Source of the DNA: an uncultured Gemmatimonadales bacterium
GTDB lineage: Bacteria; Gemmatimonadota; Gemmatimonadetes; Longimicrobiales; Longimicrobiaceae
Direction of reading: 5' to 3'
Assembly (NCBI GenBank): GCA_963716255.1
Contig: OY970303.1
Span: forward strand, 2,752,001-2,816,000
DNA: 64,000 bases
Shown: positions 53,503-63,600 of the stretch, in pieces
How positions within the stretch are numbered: the first letter of the stretch is position 1
Layout: each line of letters starts with the position of its first letter
Program-made: the position numbers and the translations under genes
Notes under the pieces: model-generated
What the model was told of the DNA's origin: nothing
The model's database searches: none
The model's input: the letters and a program-made list of their open reading frames with translations, nothing else

Positions 53503-55191
53503 GTGAAAACAGCCGCCACGCTCGCCCTCGCGCTCCTGGCGCTCGCCCGCGCCGCCGCCGCGCAGCACACCGACATCTACGACTCCGGCGGGCCGCTCAC
53601 CCCCGAGCAGGCCGCGTACGACGTGGTCTTCTACAACCTTGCCGTGCGCGTGGACCCCGCGGCGCGCAGCATCGCCGGCACGGGGACCACCGTGGCCCGC
53701 ATCGTCACGCCCACCCGGCAGCTGGTGCTGGACCTGGACACCCTGCTCGCCGTCTCCGCCGTCACGGCGCCGGAGGGCGCGGCGGGGCGGCCGCTGCGCT
53801 GGGAGCGCCGCGGCGGCCGGTTGTGGATCGACCTGGGATCCACGCGCCTCCCGGGCGACGAGGTGGCGGTGCGCGTGGCCTACGCCGGACGCCCGCGGGT
53901 GGCGCCGGACGCCCCGTGGGACGGCGGCTTCGTGTGGGCGAAGACGCCCTCCGGCCAGCCGTGGATCGCCACCGCCGTGCAGGGCGAGGGGCCGGACGTG
54001 TGGTGGCCGGCAAAGGACCACCCCTCCGACGAGCCGGACTCCATGTCCATCCGCGTCACCGTGCCGGCGCCGCTGGTCGCCGCGAGCAACGGCCGCCTGC
54101 GCCGCGTCACGCCGGCGGCGGGCGGGGCGCGCACCTACGAGTGGTTCGTCTCCACCCCCATCAACGCCTACGACGTCGCCCTCAACATCGCCCCGTACCG
54201 TACGGTGGAGGGCGAGCTGGAGTCGGTCGCCGGCGGCCGCTTCCCCGTGGTCTTCTTCGTCCTCCCCGAGGACGAAGCGCGCGGCCGGGCCTTCTTCCCC
54301 CAGATCCTGGACCACCTGCGCTTCTTCGAGCGGCTGCTGGGCCCCTACCCCTTCCGCGCCGACAAGTACGGGGTGGCGCAGACCCCGCACCTGGGGATGG
54401 AGCACCAGACGATCATCGCCTACGGCGCCGGCTTCGACAACGGCGCCATGACCGGCGGGACGGACTGGGGCTTCGACGCCCTCCACCAGCACGAGCTCGC
54501 CCACGAGTGGTGGGGGAACCTAGTCACCAACGCGGACTGGAAGGACATGTGGCTGCACGAGGGCTTTGGCAGCTACATGCAGGCGCTCTACATGGAGCAC
54601 CTGTCGGGGATGCGCGGCTACCACGCGTTCCTGGGGGGGCAGCGCGCCGGCATCGCCAACCGGGCCCCCGTGGCCCCGCGCGAGCCGCGCACCTCGGCGC
54701 AGATCTACTTCGCCTCCGGGAGCGACATCTACGGCAAGGGCTCCTGGGTCCTGCACACCCTGCGCTGGACGGTGGGCGACTCCGCGCTCTTCCGCTCGCT
54801 GCGGCGCATGGCGTACCCGGACCCGGCGCTGGAGCGCGTGGCCACCGGCGCGCAGACGCGCTTCGCCACCACCGACGACTTCCTGCGCATCGCCGAGCGC
54901 GAGTCCGGCCGCGAGCTGGGGTGGATGTTCGAGGTGTACCTGCGCCAGCCCGCGCTGCCGCGCCTCGTGGCGTCGCGCGCGGCCGACACGGTGCGGCTGC
55001 GCTGGGAGGTCCCGGGCGGCCTCGTCTTCCCCATGCCGCTGGAGGTGGAGGTGGCCGGCCGCCGGCAGCGGGTGGAGATGCCCGGCGGGCGGGCCGAGCT
55101 GCGCGTCCCGGCGGGCGCTCGCGTGGTGGTGGACCCGGACGCCTGGGTGCTCCGGGAGGAGCAGGCCCCCGTCGTCCTGGCGCCGCGCTGA
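53503..55191 (+). CDS. M1-family aminopeptidase, secreted
   Basis: GMEHQT, HELAHEWWGN, WLHEGF, IYGKGS; signal peptide. Confidence 0.93.
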   Translation: MKTAATLALALLALARAAAAQHTDIYDSGGPLTPEQAAYDVVFYNLAVRVDPAARSIAGTGTTVARIVTPTRQLVLDLDTLLAVSAVTAPEGAAGRPLRWERRGGRLWIDLGSTRLPGDEVAVRVAYAGRPRVAPDAPWDGGFVWAKTPSGQPWIATAVQGEGPDVWWPAKDHPSDEPDSMSIRVTVPAPLVAASNGRLRRVTPAAGGARTYEWFVSTPINAYDVALNIAPYRTVEGELESVAGGRFPVVFFVLPEDEARGRAFFPQILDHLRFFERLLGPYPFRADKYGVAQTPHLGMEHQTIIAYGAGFDNGAMTGGTDWGFDALHQHELAHEWWGNLVTNADWKDMWLHEGFGSYMQALYMEHLSGMRGYHAFLGGQRAGIANRAPVAPREPRTSAQIYFASGSDIYGKGSWVLHTLRWTVGDSALFRSLRRMAYPDPALERVATGAQTRFATTDDFLRIAERESGRELGWMFEVYLRQPALPRLVASRAADTVRLRWEVPGGLVFPMPLEVEVAGRRQRVEMPGGRAELRVPAGARVVVDPDAWVLREEQAPVVLAPR

Positions 55192-55312
55192 CGCGTCCCC
55201 GCCCGCCGGCCGCGCCGGGCCCGCCCCGGCTCCCTTGTGTGCGGAATCGCTCGCCGGTACCGTGCAGGGGCGGGCCGCACCGGCGCGCGCCACCCCCAGC
55301 GGGAGAAGTATC

Positions 55313-55438
55313 ATGCTCCACAACCTGACCTTTCTCCAGCGCCGCTTCCCGGAGCACGCCCGGGGCATCGCCATCGTGCTGGGCGCGCTCTCGGTGAGCG
55401 CCCTGGCCGCGGGCGTCGGCCTGCTCCTCCTCGGCTAG
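55313..55438 (+). CDS. Possible 41-aa membrane protein
   Basis: GGAGA RBS; MLHNLTFLQRRFPEHARGIAIVLGALSVSALAAGVGLLLLG, one hydrophobic helix. Confidence 0.5.
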   Translation: MLHNLTFLQRRFPEHARGIAIVLGALSVSALAAGVGLLLLG

Positions 55439-55523
55439 GCCCTGCCGCGCGCGCGCCGGCCCGGAGGACGCCGGGCCGGCGCTCCCGCATCCGCCCCCGC
55501 CATTCCCCACGCCGTCCTCGCCC

Positions 55524-56489
55524 ATGCCCCGCACCCACACCGCACCGCCGGGCCCGCACCGCCGCCCGTCCGTGGGCCTCCTGGCCGCGCTTCTGCTCGC
55601 CTGCGCCGGTCCGGCCGCCGCGCAGGAAGCATCCGCCCACCCGGCGGCGCCCACCGCGCTCGACTCGCTGCTCGCCTACGACGCGCGCGCGCCGCTGGAC
55701 GTGCGCGTGGCGGGGACGGAGACGCGGGACGGGGTGACGGTGCAGGACGTGACCTTCGCGAGCGTGGCGGGAGGGGCGCCCACGCAGGCGTACGTCGTCC
55801 GGCCGGACGGCGCCGCCGGCCCGCTGGCCGCGGTGCTCTTCGTGCACTGGTTCGCACCGCCCGAGCCCACCTCCAACCGCACGCAGTACCTGGACGAGGC
55901 CCGGGCGCTGGCCCGCCGCGGCGTGGTGTCGCTGCTGGTCTCCACCTTCTGGTCGGACCCGGCGCGCTACCGCGCCCGCCGCTGGCAGGACGACTTCCGC
56001 AACTCGGCGGCGCAGGCCCGGGAGCTGCGCCGCGCGCTGGACGTGCTGGCCGCGCAGCCCGGGGTGGACCCGGCGCGCATCGCCTACGTGGGCCACGACT
56101 ACGGGGCCATGTTCGGCAGCGTGGTGGCGGGGGTGGACGCGCGCCCCCGGGCGTACGTGCTGATCGCGGGGGCGCCGCGCTTCCCCGACTGGTACCTGTT
56201 CGGCTCCGCGAGCGGCCGGCCCGCGGGCGCGGATCTCGCCGCGTTCCACGAGGAGTTCGCGCGCATCGACCCGGTGGGCGTCCTCGGCCGCTCGCGCGCG
56301 GCGGTCTTCCTCCAGTACGGCGAGGAGGACCGCTTCACCCCGCGCGACGCCTTCCTGGAGCTGTACCGCGCCGCGCCCGAGCCGAAGCGCATCGCCACCT
56401 ACCGCTCCGGCCACGCCATGGACGCGGCCATCATCCGCCTGGACCGCACCGCCTGGCTGGCCGAGCAGCTGGGGCTCCCGGAGCGCTGA
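55524..56489 (+). CDS. Secreted alpha/beta hydrolase
   Basis: GVDPARIAYVGHDYGA elbow, QYGEEDRF, GHAM. Confidence 0.8.
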   Translation: MPRTHTAPPGPHRRPSVGLLAALLLACAGPAAAQEASAHPAAPTALDSLLAYDARAPLDVRVAGTETRDGVTVQDVTFASVAGGAPTQAYVVRPDGAAGPLAAVLFVHWFAPPEPTSNRTQYLDEARALARRGVVSLLVSTFWSDPARYRARRWQDDFRNSAAQARELRRALDVLAAQPGVDPARIAYVGHDYGAMFGSVVAGVDARPRAYVLIAGAPRFPDWYLFGSASGRPAGADLAAFHEEFARIDPVGVLGRSRAAVFLQYGEEDRFTPRDAFLELYRAAPEPKRIATYRSGHAMDAAIIRLDRTAWLAEQLGLPER

Positions 56490-56530
56490 GCCGCGTCCCC
56501 GTCCTCCTTCCCGCACCCACGCTCCCGACG

Positions 56531-58432
56531 ATGCCGCCCACCCCGCGCACCCCCGTCCTCCTCGCGCTCCTGGCCTGCGCCCTGGCCGCGCCGCTCGCCG
56601 CGCAGCAGACGCAGAAGCCGCCGCTGCACGGCCGCCACTGGATGGCGATCACCGGCAAGCCGCTGGCGGCGACCGCCGGGGCGCTGATGTTCCAGCGGGG
56701 CGGCAACGCCGTGGACGCCGCCGCGGCCATGCTGGCGGCCTCGTGCACCATGTGGGACGTGCTGAGCTGGGGCGGCGAGACACAGGCGCTGATCTTCAAC
56801 CCGCGCACCGGCAGGGTGGTGGGCATCAACGCGATGGGCGTGGCGCCCAGCGGCGCCACGCCGGAGTTCTTCCGCGCGCGGGGGATGGCGCACCCGCCGG
56901 AGTACGGCCCGCTGGCGGCGACCACCCCCGGCACCCCCGGCGGCCTGATGCTGATGCTGGCGGAGTTCGGGACGATGTCGCTGGGCGAGGTGCTCGCCCC
57001 CGCCATCCAGATGGCGGACGGCTATCCCATCGAGGCGCAGACCGCGAACAGCATCGAGCGCGACCGGGAGCAGCTGCGGCAGTGGCGCTACTCGCGCGCG
57101 GTGATGCTGCCGCACGCGGGCGAGGCGCGCGAGGCGCCGCGCCCCGGCGAGATCTTCCGCCAGCCGGAGCTGGCGGCGACGCTGCGCAAGCTGGTGGAGG
57201 CGGAGCGGGAGGCGCTGCGGCAGGGGAAGAACCGCCGGGAAGCGATCCAGGCGGCGCACGACCGCTTCTACCGCGGCGACATCGCGCGGGAGCTGGTGCG
57301 CGGCGTCCAGGAGGAGGGCGGGCTCATCACCCTGGAGGACCTGGCCCGCTGGCGCCCGCGCATCGAGGAGCCGGTGAGCGTGGACTACCGCGGCGTGCAG
57401 GTGTACAAGCTGACGCACTGGACGCAGGGCCCGGCCCTGCTCCAGGCGCTCAACATCCTGGAGAACTTCGACCTCAAGTCCATGGGCTACAACAGCCCGC
57501 GCTACGTGCACGCGGTCTACCAGGCCATGAACCTGGCCTTCGCGGACCGCGACTTCTACTACGGCGACCCGGACTTTCCGCCGGAGGAGCCCATCCGCGG
57601 CCTCCTTTCCGAGGCGTACGCGCGGGAGCGGGCCAGAAGCATCGGCTGGACGCGCAACGACGCGGACGCCCGCCCCGGCGACCCGTACCCCTTCCAGGGC
57701 GGGACCAACCCCTTCGCGTCGGTGCTGGCGCGCTGGCACACGGTCGGAGTGCGCCCGGCCCCGGGGGACAGCGCGTCCTCGCCCGCGCCGGCGCACGACC
57801 GGCGGCCGTCCGGGCCCCTGGCGGCGATGACGCCGGAGGAGGCGTTCTACGCGGGGACCACGTCGGTGCAGGCGGCGGACACGGCCGGGTGGGTGGTGTC
57901 CATCACGCCCAGCGGCGGGTGGGTGCCGGCGGTGATCGCGGGGCACACGGGGGTGGGGCTCAGCCAGCGGATGCAGAGCTTCGTGGTGGACTCGCTTGAG
58001 GGGCCCTTCAACGTGGTGCACCCGGGAAAGCGTCCGCGGGTGACGCTGACGCCCACCATGGCGCTCCGGGACGGCAGGCCGTTCCTGTCGTTCGCGGTGC
58101 AGGGCGGCGACAGCCAGGACCAGAACCTGTTGCAGTTCTTTCTGAACGTGGTGGAGTTCGGGATGACGGTGCAGGAGGCCACGGAGGCGGCCAACTTCAA
58201 CTCGTTCCAGATGCGGGCCTCGTTCGGGGAGCACGTGTCGGAGCCCGGGCGGCTGCTGCTGCACGACGCCACGCCGCCGTGGAACCGCCAGGAGCTGCGG
58301 CGCATGGGGTACGCGCTGACCTTCGACGACCGCACCTCGGGGCCCATCAACGCCATCTTCTTCGACCGGGCCAACGGGACGCTGTGGGGCGGGTCCAGCA
58401 ACCACGGCGAGGACTACGGGATCGCCTGGTAG
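56531..58432 (+). CDS. Gamma-glutamyltransferase-family (Ntn hydrolase) protein
   Basis: GGNAVDAAAA, FRQPELAATL, FYRGDIA, LAFADRD, GTTSVQAAD, PGKRPRVTLTP. Confidence 0.92.
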   Translation: MPPTPRTPVLLALLACALAAPLAAQQTQKPPLHGRHWMAITGKPLAATAGALMFQRGGNAVDAAAAMLAASCTMWDVLSWGGETQALIFNPRTGRVVGINAMGVAPSGATPEFFRARGMAHPPEYGPLAATTPGTPGGLMLMLAEFGTMSLGEVLAPAIQMADGYPIEAQTANSIERDREQLRQWRYSRAVMLPHAGEAREAPRPGEIFRQPELAATLRKLVEAEREALRQGKNRREAIQAAHDRFYRGDIARELVRGVQEEGGLITLEDLARWRPRIEEPVSVDYRGVQVYKLTHWTQGPALLQALNILENFDLKSMGYNSPRYVHAVYQAMNLAFADRDFYYGDPDFPPEEPIRGLLSEAYARERARSIGWTRNDADARPGDPYPFQGGTNPFASVLARWHTVGVRPAPGDSASSPAPAHDRRPSGPLAAMTPEEAFYAGTTSVQAADTAGWVVSITPSGGWVPAVIAGHTGVGLSQRMQSFVVDSLEGPFNVVHPGKRPRVTLTPTMALRDGRPFLSFAVQGGDSQDQNLLQFFLNVVEFGMTVQEATEAANFNSFQMRASFGEHVSEPGRLLLHDATPPWNRQELRRMGYALTFDDRTSGPINAIFFDRANGTLWGGSSNHGEDYGIAW

Positions 58433-58488
58433 GAAGCCCGTAGGGGGAGTTCGGCAGGTCATCCGCAACGACCCGCCGGGAGGACCGC

Positions 58489-58977
58489 ATGCTCCTGTTG
58501 AAGAACCTGCTCTTCACGGTGCTCGTTCCCGGCACCGTCGCGGGCCTGGTCCCGTACGTGATCCTGTCCCGCGGCGCCGATTCGACCGTCGCGTGGGGCC
58601 CCATGCAGTGGCTCGCGCTGGTCCTCGGGGTCCTCGGCGCGGGCGTGTACACGTGGTGTGTATGGGACTTCGCCTCGCGCGGACGCGGGACGCCGGCTCC
58701 CATCGACGCGCCGCGCACGCTGGTCGTGAGCGGGCCGTACCGCTACGTGCGGAACCCAATGTATTGGGGGGTGCTGCTGGTGCTGGTGGGCGAGGTCGCA
58801 TTCTTCGCAAGCGGCGCGCTCCTGCTGTACACCCTCGTCTGGCTCGGCGTCGTGCACCTGTTCGTGCTCCTGTACGAGGAGCCCGCGCTGCGGCGGCGCT
58901 TCGACGGCTCGTACGAACACTACCGCGGTGTGGTCCGCCGGTGGATCCCGGGCAGGCCGTACCGCCCGCAGGGGTAA
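58489..58977 (+). CDS. Isoprenylcysteine carboxyl methyltransferase/PEMT-family membrane protein
   Basis: GRGTPAPIDAP, LVVSGPYRYVRNPMY, EEPALRRRF, YRGVVRRW. Confidence 0.88.
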   Translation: MLLLKNLLFTVLVPGTVAGLVPYVILSRGADSTVAWGPMQWLALVLGVLGAGVYTWCVWDFASRGRGTPAPIDAPRTLVVSGPYRYVRNPMYWGVLLVLVGEVAFFASGALLLYTLVWLGVVHLFVLLYEEPALRRRFDGSYEHYRGVVRRWIPGRPYRPQG

Positions 58978-59136
58978 CGAGGTCCGACCTTCAACCGCTC
59001 GGCGTCGGCAGGGCATGAAGTTCGTGGGCCGGCACCCCCCCGCCGGTCCCGTTCTTGTATCGCACTCTCCCCTTTCGCCCGGCCGCGCACGCCTGCGCGG
59101 CCGGGCGCCGATCACACGCGCAACGGGGAGGGAGCG

Positions 59137-59739
59137 ATGAAGGTCCTGGTCGTCGGCGGCACGGGCACCATCGGCAGCGCGGTGGTGCGGCTGCTTTCCG
59201 CCGAGCACGAGGTCGTCGTGGTCGGCGGCTCCAGCGGCGAGCTGCGGGTGGACATCGCCGCGCCGGACTCCATCCGCCGCCTGTTCGAGCAGGTGGGCCG
59301 CGTGGACGCCGTGGTGTCCGCGGCGGGAACGGGCGCCTTCCGCCCGCTGGAGCAGCTGTCCGAGGAGGACTTTCGCTTCAGCCTGGGCAACAAGCTCATG
59401 GGACAGGTCAACCTGGTGCGGCTGGGGCTGGAGCACGTCGCCGACGGCGGCTCCTTCACCCTCACCAGCGGCGTGCTGGCCCGGGAGCCCATGCCCGGAA
59501 GCGCCGCCATCAGCCTGGTCAACGCCGGGCTGGAGGGGTTCGCGCGAGCCGCCGCGCTGGAGGCCCCCCGCGGCATCCGCGTCAACGTGGTCAGCCCGCC
59601 CTGGGTGTCCGAGACGCTCACCGCCATGGGGATGGACCCCTCCGGCGGCCTCCCCGCGGACACGGTGGCGCTCGCCTACCGCGAAGCCGTGTCTGGAATG
59701 GGCAACGGCGAGGTGCTGGACGCGCGCCGCTACGCCTGA
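59137..59739 (+). CDS. Short-chain dehydrogenase/reductase
   Basis: VLVVGGTGTIG, KLMGQVNL, SFTLTSG, IRVNVVSP. Confidence 0.9.
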   Translation: MKVLVVGGTGTIGSAVVRLLSAEHEVVVVGGSSGELRVDIAAPDSIRRLFEQVGRVDAVVSAAGTGAFRPLEQLSEEDFRFSLGNKLMGQVNLVRLGLEHVADGGSFTLTSGVLAREPMPGSAAISLVNAGLEGFARAAALEAPRGIRVNVVSPPWVSETLTAMGMDPSGGLPADTVALAYREAVSGMGNGEVLDARRYA

Positions 59740-59766
59740 CGGCAAGCCAGGTCGAACGGCGGGTTC

Positions 59767-59895
59767 GGGCGTGCCCCCGGCTGACGCCGGGGTCGGGCTT
59801 CGGCTCCGTAAAGCACGATACAACCGTGCTTAACGGAGTCGAGCCCGCGCAAACAGCCGCGCGGTCTCGCCCCTTCGGGCCGAAATCCCTCACGC
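59767..59895 (+). repeat. Family A repeat copy 5
   Basis: Same termini; inner stem AAGCACG/CGTGCTT. Confidence 0.9.
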
Positions 59896-59937
59896 GGGCC
59901 GGCGCGCCGGTCAGGATGTTCCGCACTCCCGCACTCG

Positions 59938-60885
59938 TCATTCCCGCGCCGCGAGTGCCGCCGCCTCCTCCGCGCACCCCCAGCTCAGCGTCAGCCCCGA
60001 GCCGCCGTGGCCGTAGCAGTGCACCACGCGCGAGCCGTCGGCGAAGTCCTCCGCCTCCAGCCGCACCGCCGGCCGCCCCGGACGCAGCCCCACCCGGTGC
60101 TCGATGACGCGGGCACCCGCCAGGCGCGGCTCCAGCTCCGCGCACAGCCGCAGGATGCGGCGCGCCACCCCCGGGTCCGGGGTGGCGTCCCACGCGTGGT
60201 CGTCCGCGGTGCCGCCCAGCACGCACTCCCGCTCGCTGCGGGGGATCACGTACACGATCCCCTCCGGGTGCTCCTCGTCCAGCAGGATCCTCTCGACGCC
60301 GGGGTTCTCCACCCGCACCACCTGCCCGCGGATGGGGAACACCTCCGCGTCCCCCGCCAGTGTGCGCGCCCCCAGCCCGGTGCAGTTCACCACCCGCGGG
60401 CACGCCGCCCGCGCCTCCGCCAGCGACGCCACCCGGCGCCGCTCCCACTCCCCGCCCAGCGCGCGGAAGCGTCCCGCCAGCCAGCGCAGGTACGCCGGCA
60501 TGTCCGCGGTGGGGACGGTGAAAGCGTACCCGTCCGCGAACCCCGGTGGAAGCTCGTCCGGGCGGGCGTGGCGGAAGCCGGGGACCGCGTCCACCCACGA
60601 CGGGTCGGCCGCCGGGGCGCGCCACAGCTCCAGCGCGGGGAGCATCCGCACCCCCGTCCCCCGCGTCCCAGCAAGCTCCGCCAGCACCTCGAAGGTCCGC
60701 CGCCCCCAGGCGTCCACCCGCTCGGCGGGATAGGCCCGGTACGGGTACCAGAACGCCCCCGCCACCGCCGAGACGGTGTCCTCCGGCGCGTCCGCGGCCC
60801 AGATCCGCACCCGCAGCCCCGCCTCGCGCAGCCGGATCGCCGTCGACAGCCCCACCACCCCGCCACCCAGCACCAGCGCGTCCAC
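59938..60885 (-). CDS. D-amino acid oxidase-family FAD oxidoreductase (start uncertain)
   Basis: VLGGGVVGLSTA, SAVAGAFW, VVNCTGLGA, PIRGQ, VGLRPGR, HCYGHGGSGLTLSWGCA. Confidence 0.9.
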   Translation of the reverse strand: MDALVLGGGVVGLSTAIRLREAGLRVRIWAADAPEDTVSAVAGAFWYPYRAYPAERVDAWGRRTFEVLAELAGTRGTGVRMLPALELWRAPAADPSWVDAVPGFRHARPDELPPGFADGYAFTVPTADMPAYLRWLAGRFRALGGEWERRRVASLAEARAACPRVVNCTGLGARTLAGDAEVFPIRGQVVRVENPGVERILLDEEHPEGIVYVIPRSERECVLGGTADDHAWDATPDPGVARRILRLCAELEPRLAGARVIEHRVGLRPGRPAVRLEAEDFADGSRVVHCYGHGGSGLTLSWGCAEEAAALAARE

Positions 60886-61136
60886 GGTCAGCGCTCCGGG
60901 CCGGGCGCCGCCGGCAGGGCGCGGCGCCGGGGAAGCGTGGGGCGGGCGGGGGCGGATGGGAGCGGCATGGCGGGCGCGCGGCCGGGGTTGGGGTGAGCGG
61001 GGTCCGGCGCAAGCTAGCGCACGCGGCCGCGGCCGGCCATCCCGCCGGGGGGAGCGGGCGCAGGTCCCCACCGGATCACATCTTGCGGAGGTCGGGGGTG
61101 TTCCATGCCGCACGCGCACCCGCAACGCCAAGGGCC

Positions 61137-63035
61137 ATGCCGGGATTCGAGGGGCTGCTCGCAGGCCGGACCCTGTGCGACCGCTACCGCATCGAGGAAG
61201 TCATCGGGCGGGGCGGCTTCGCGGCCGTGTACCGCGCCACGGACGAGCGGCTGGGGCGCACCGTCGCCGTCAAGGTCACCACCTTCTCGGCCACCAACCC
61301 CGAGACCCGCGACGAAGTGCAGAAGCGCTTCCGCCGCGAGGCGCGGGCCGCCGCCAGCCTGCACCACCCCAACGTGGTCACGGTGTACGACTTCGGGACC
61401 GACCCGGTGCTGGGGCTGGAGTTCTTCGTCATGGAGCTGCTGCAGGGCGAGGACCTTGCCCACCGGCTGGCGCGCCCCGCCGCCCTGCCCGTACGGGTCG
61501 CCCTGCGGCTGCTGCGCGACGCCGCGTGGGGGGTGGACGCCGGGCACCGCGCCGGGCTGGTGCACCGCGACATCAAGCCGGGGAACATTTTCCTGGCGCG
61601 GCGCGACCGGCCGGGGCGCTTCCGCGTGTGCGTGCTGGACTTCGGCATCGCGCGGCCCGCGATCGCGGACGAGGCCACCCAGCTCACCCGCGCCGGGGGG
61701 ATGCTGCTGTCGCCCGCCTACGCCTCGCCCGAGCAGCTGCGCGGCGAGCTTCGGGTGTCCCCCGCGTCCGACGTGTTCAGCCTGGGAGTGATCGGCTACG
61801 AGCTGCTGGCGCGGGAACGCCCCTTCCCCGGCAACCGCCTCCAGGCGCCTCCGGGCAAGCAGCCCGACCCCGTCCCGCTGCGAGAGCGCAACCCCGAGGT
61901 GCCGCCGGAGGTGGCCGAGGCGATCCACCGCGCCCTCGCCGAGGACCCCGCCGACCGCTTCCCCACCGCGGGCGCCTTCGCCGAGGCCCTCGCCGCCGCC
62001 GAGCCCCCCGCGGAGCCCCGCGACCGCACGCCCGGGGTGGCGGCGCCCGCCTGGACGGACGAGCCGGAGCCGCTGCCCGCGGAGGTCCCGCTCGCCGCCG
62101 CGGAAGAGCTCGCGCCGGAGCCGCGTCCGGCAGAAGTCCCGGCCCCCGCCGCCGCGCCGCCGTCCGAGACCGACGCGCCCACGGTGCACTACGCCCCGAA
62201 GGTCCTGGCGGTCCCGCCGTCCGCTTCGCGGCCCGCTCGCCGCCGCGCGCCGCGCGTGCCCCGCCTCGCCGCCGTGCTGCTGCTGGCGTGCGTGGGGATG
62301 GCGCTGGCGGCGTGGCTGGCGGTCGGCCGCGGCGGCGAGCGACCGGCCGGGAGCGACCGCGCCGCCCGCGGCCCGGTCGCGCGGCGGGAATCGCCCGTGC
62401 CGGCGGTCCGGGAGCCGGAGACCGGCACGCGAGCGGACACCGCCGCGGCTCCGCCGGCCGGGCAGGCGCAGGAGCCCCGCACCACGGCGCCAGCGCCTTC
62501 CGGGCCCCCGCCGGCCGCTCCCTCGCCCGGGGCGCCGCGCGTCGCGCTGCGCCCCGCGCCGCCGGACCGCGCGCCCCGCCGCGACGTCCCGGCGTCGCGG
62601 CCGGCCTCCACGCCGTCCCCGCCGGTGGAGCGGGTCCCCGCGCGCACGGCCGCGTCCGGCGGGGCCGGGACGGCGGGCGCCGCGCGGCTCAACCGCGAGG
62701 GCGAGGCGCTGTTCGAGCGGAACGACCTGGTGGCGGCGGTGGAGCGGTTCCGCCTGGCCGTGCGCGCCGCCCCCGGCAACGCCTACTACCGCAACAACCT
62801 GGGCTGGGCGCTCTTCGAGATGGGAGCCGTGGACGAGGCCGGGCGGGAGTTGGAGGCGACGCTGCGGCTGAACCCGCGGCGCGAGATCGCCTACGCCAAC
62901 CTGGGCGAGGTGAGGGCCGCGCAGGGCGACACCGCCGCCGCGGTCGCGGCCTACGAGCGCTTCGTGGAGCTGAACACCAACCCGCGCCGGGAGCGGATCG
63001 CGCTGGGGAAGCTGCGGCGGCTGCGCGGCGGGTAG
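61137..63035 (+). CDS. Ser/Thr protein kinase with transmembrane helix and C-terminal TPRs
   Basis: IGRGGFAAVY, VAVK, HRDIKPGN, DFGIA, YASPEQ, SDVFSLG; TM LAAVLLLACVGMALAAWLAV; TPRs. Confidence 0.93.
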   Translation: MPGFEGLLAGRTLCDRYRIEEVIGRGGFAAVYRATDERLGRTVAVKVTTFSATNPETRDEVQKRFRREARAAASLHHPNVVTVYDFGTDPVLGLEFFVMELLQGEDLAHRLARPAALPVRVALRLLRDAAWGVDAGHRAGLVHRDIKPGNIFLARRDRPGRFRVCVLDFGIARPAIADEATQLTRAGGMLLSPAYASPEQLRGELRVSPASDVFSLGVIGYELLARERPFPGNRLQAPPGKQPDPVPLRERNPEVPPEVAEAIHRALAEDPADRFPTAGAFAEALAAAEPPAEPRDRTPGVAAPAWTDEPEPLPAEVPLAAAEELAPEPRPAEVPAPAAAPPSETDAPTVHYAPKVLAVPPSASRPARRRAPRVPRLAAVLLLACVGMALAAWLAVGRGGERPAGSDRAARGPVARRESPVPAVREPETGTRADTAAAPPAGQAQEPRTTAPAPSGPPPAAPSPGAPRVALRPAPPDRAPRRDVPASRPASTPSPPVERVPARTAASGGAGTAGAARLNREGEALFERNDLVAAVERFRLAVRAAPGNAYYRNNLGWALFEMGAVDEAGRELEATLRLNPRREIAYANLGEVRAAQGDTAAAVAAYERFVELNTNPRRERIALGKLRRLRGG

Positions 63036-63048
63036 GGCGCCGCCCGCC

Positions 63049-63474
63049 TCAGGCTGGGTAGCGGCGGATCCACGCCGCCCGGTCGCGCAGCGCGAGGATC
63101 TGCGAGGGGAGCACCCGGACGAGCGAGTGGCCCGCCCAGGGGCGCGAGTAGTACGCCGTGAGCGTGGCATCGTAGCGCCGGAGCCAGGCGCGCTGCGCCT
63201 CCCGGAGCGCCGTCCGCCGCGCCGGGGCGAGCGCCGCCATCCGCTCGCGGTACGCCCGGTTCAGCTCGGCGTCCGCGCTTGCCAGGTCGGATCGCAGGCA
63301 ATCCAGGACCTCCGCGCGCCGCAGCATCCAGTAGTCCTGGCAGGGGTGCGGCACGTTCTCCCGGAACTCCTGCGCCCGCCCCGCCGCCGGGCGCGAGAGC
63401 GCGGCGAGCAGCACCAGGCCGAGCACGGCCCCGTGCCCCCGACCGGCTCTCCGCCTCCTCGCTTCTGACACCAT
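63049..63474 (-). CDS. LprI/DUF1311 lysozyme-inhibitor-like secreted protein
   Basis: DCLRSDLASADAELNRAY...LREAQRAWLRRYD; signal-like segment. Confidence 0.75.
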   Translation of the reverse strand: MVSEARRRRAGRGHGAVLGLVLLAALSRPAAGRAQEFRENVPHPCQDYWMLRRAEVLDCLRSDLASADAELNRAYRERMAALAPARRTALREAQRAWLRRYDATLTAYYSRPWAGHSLVRVLPSQILALRDRAAWIRRYPA

Positions 63475-63600
63475 GGGCAGCGACGCCTGTGCGGGACCCT
63501 GCTTCCCCGGGAACGGGCGGCGGGTGCACGCCCCGTGCCCCGAACGTGGAAACACGCTGCAGGCCTTGACGATCGCCCGCTCACGAGCATTGCGTTAGAA

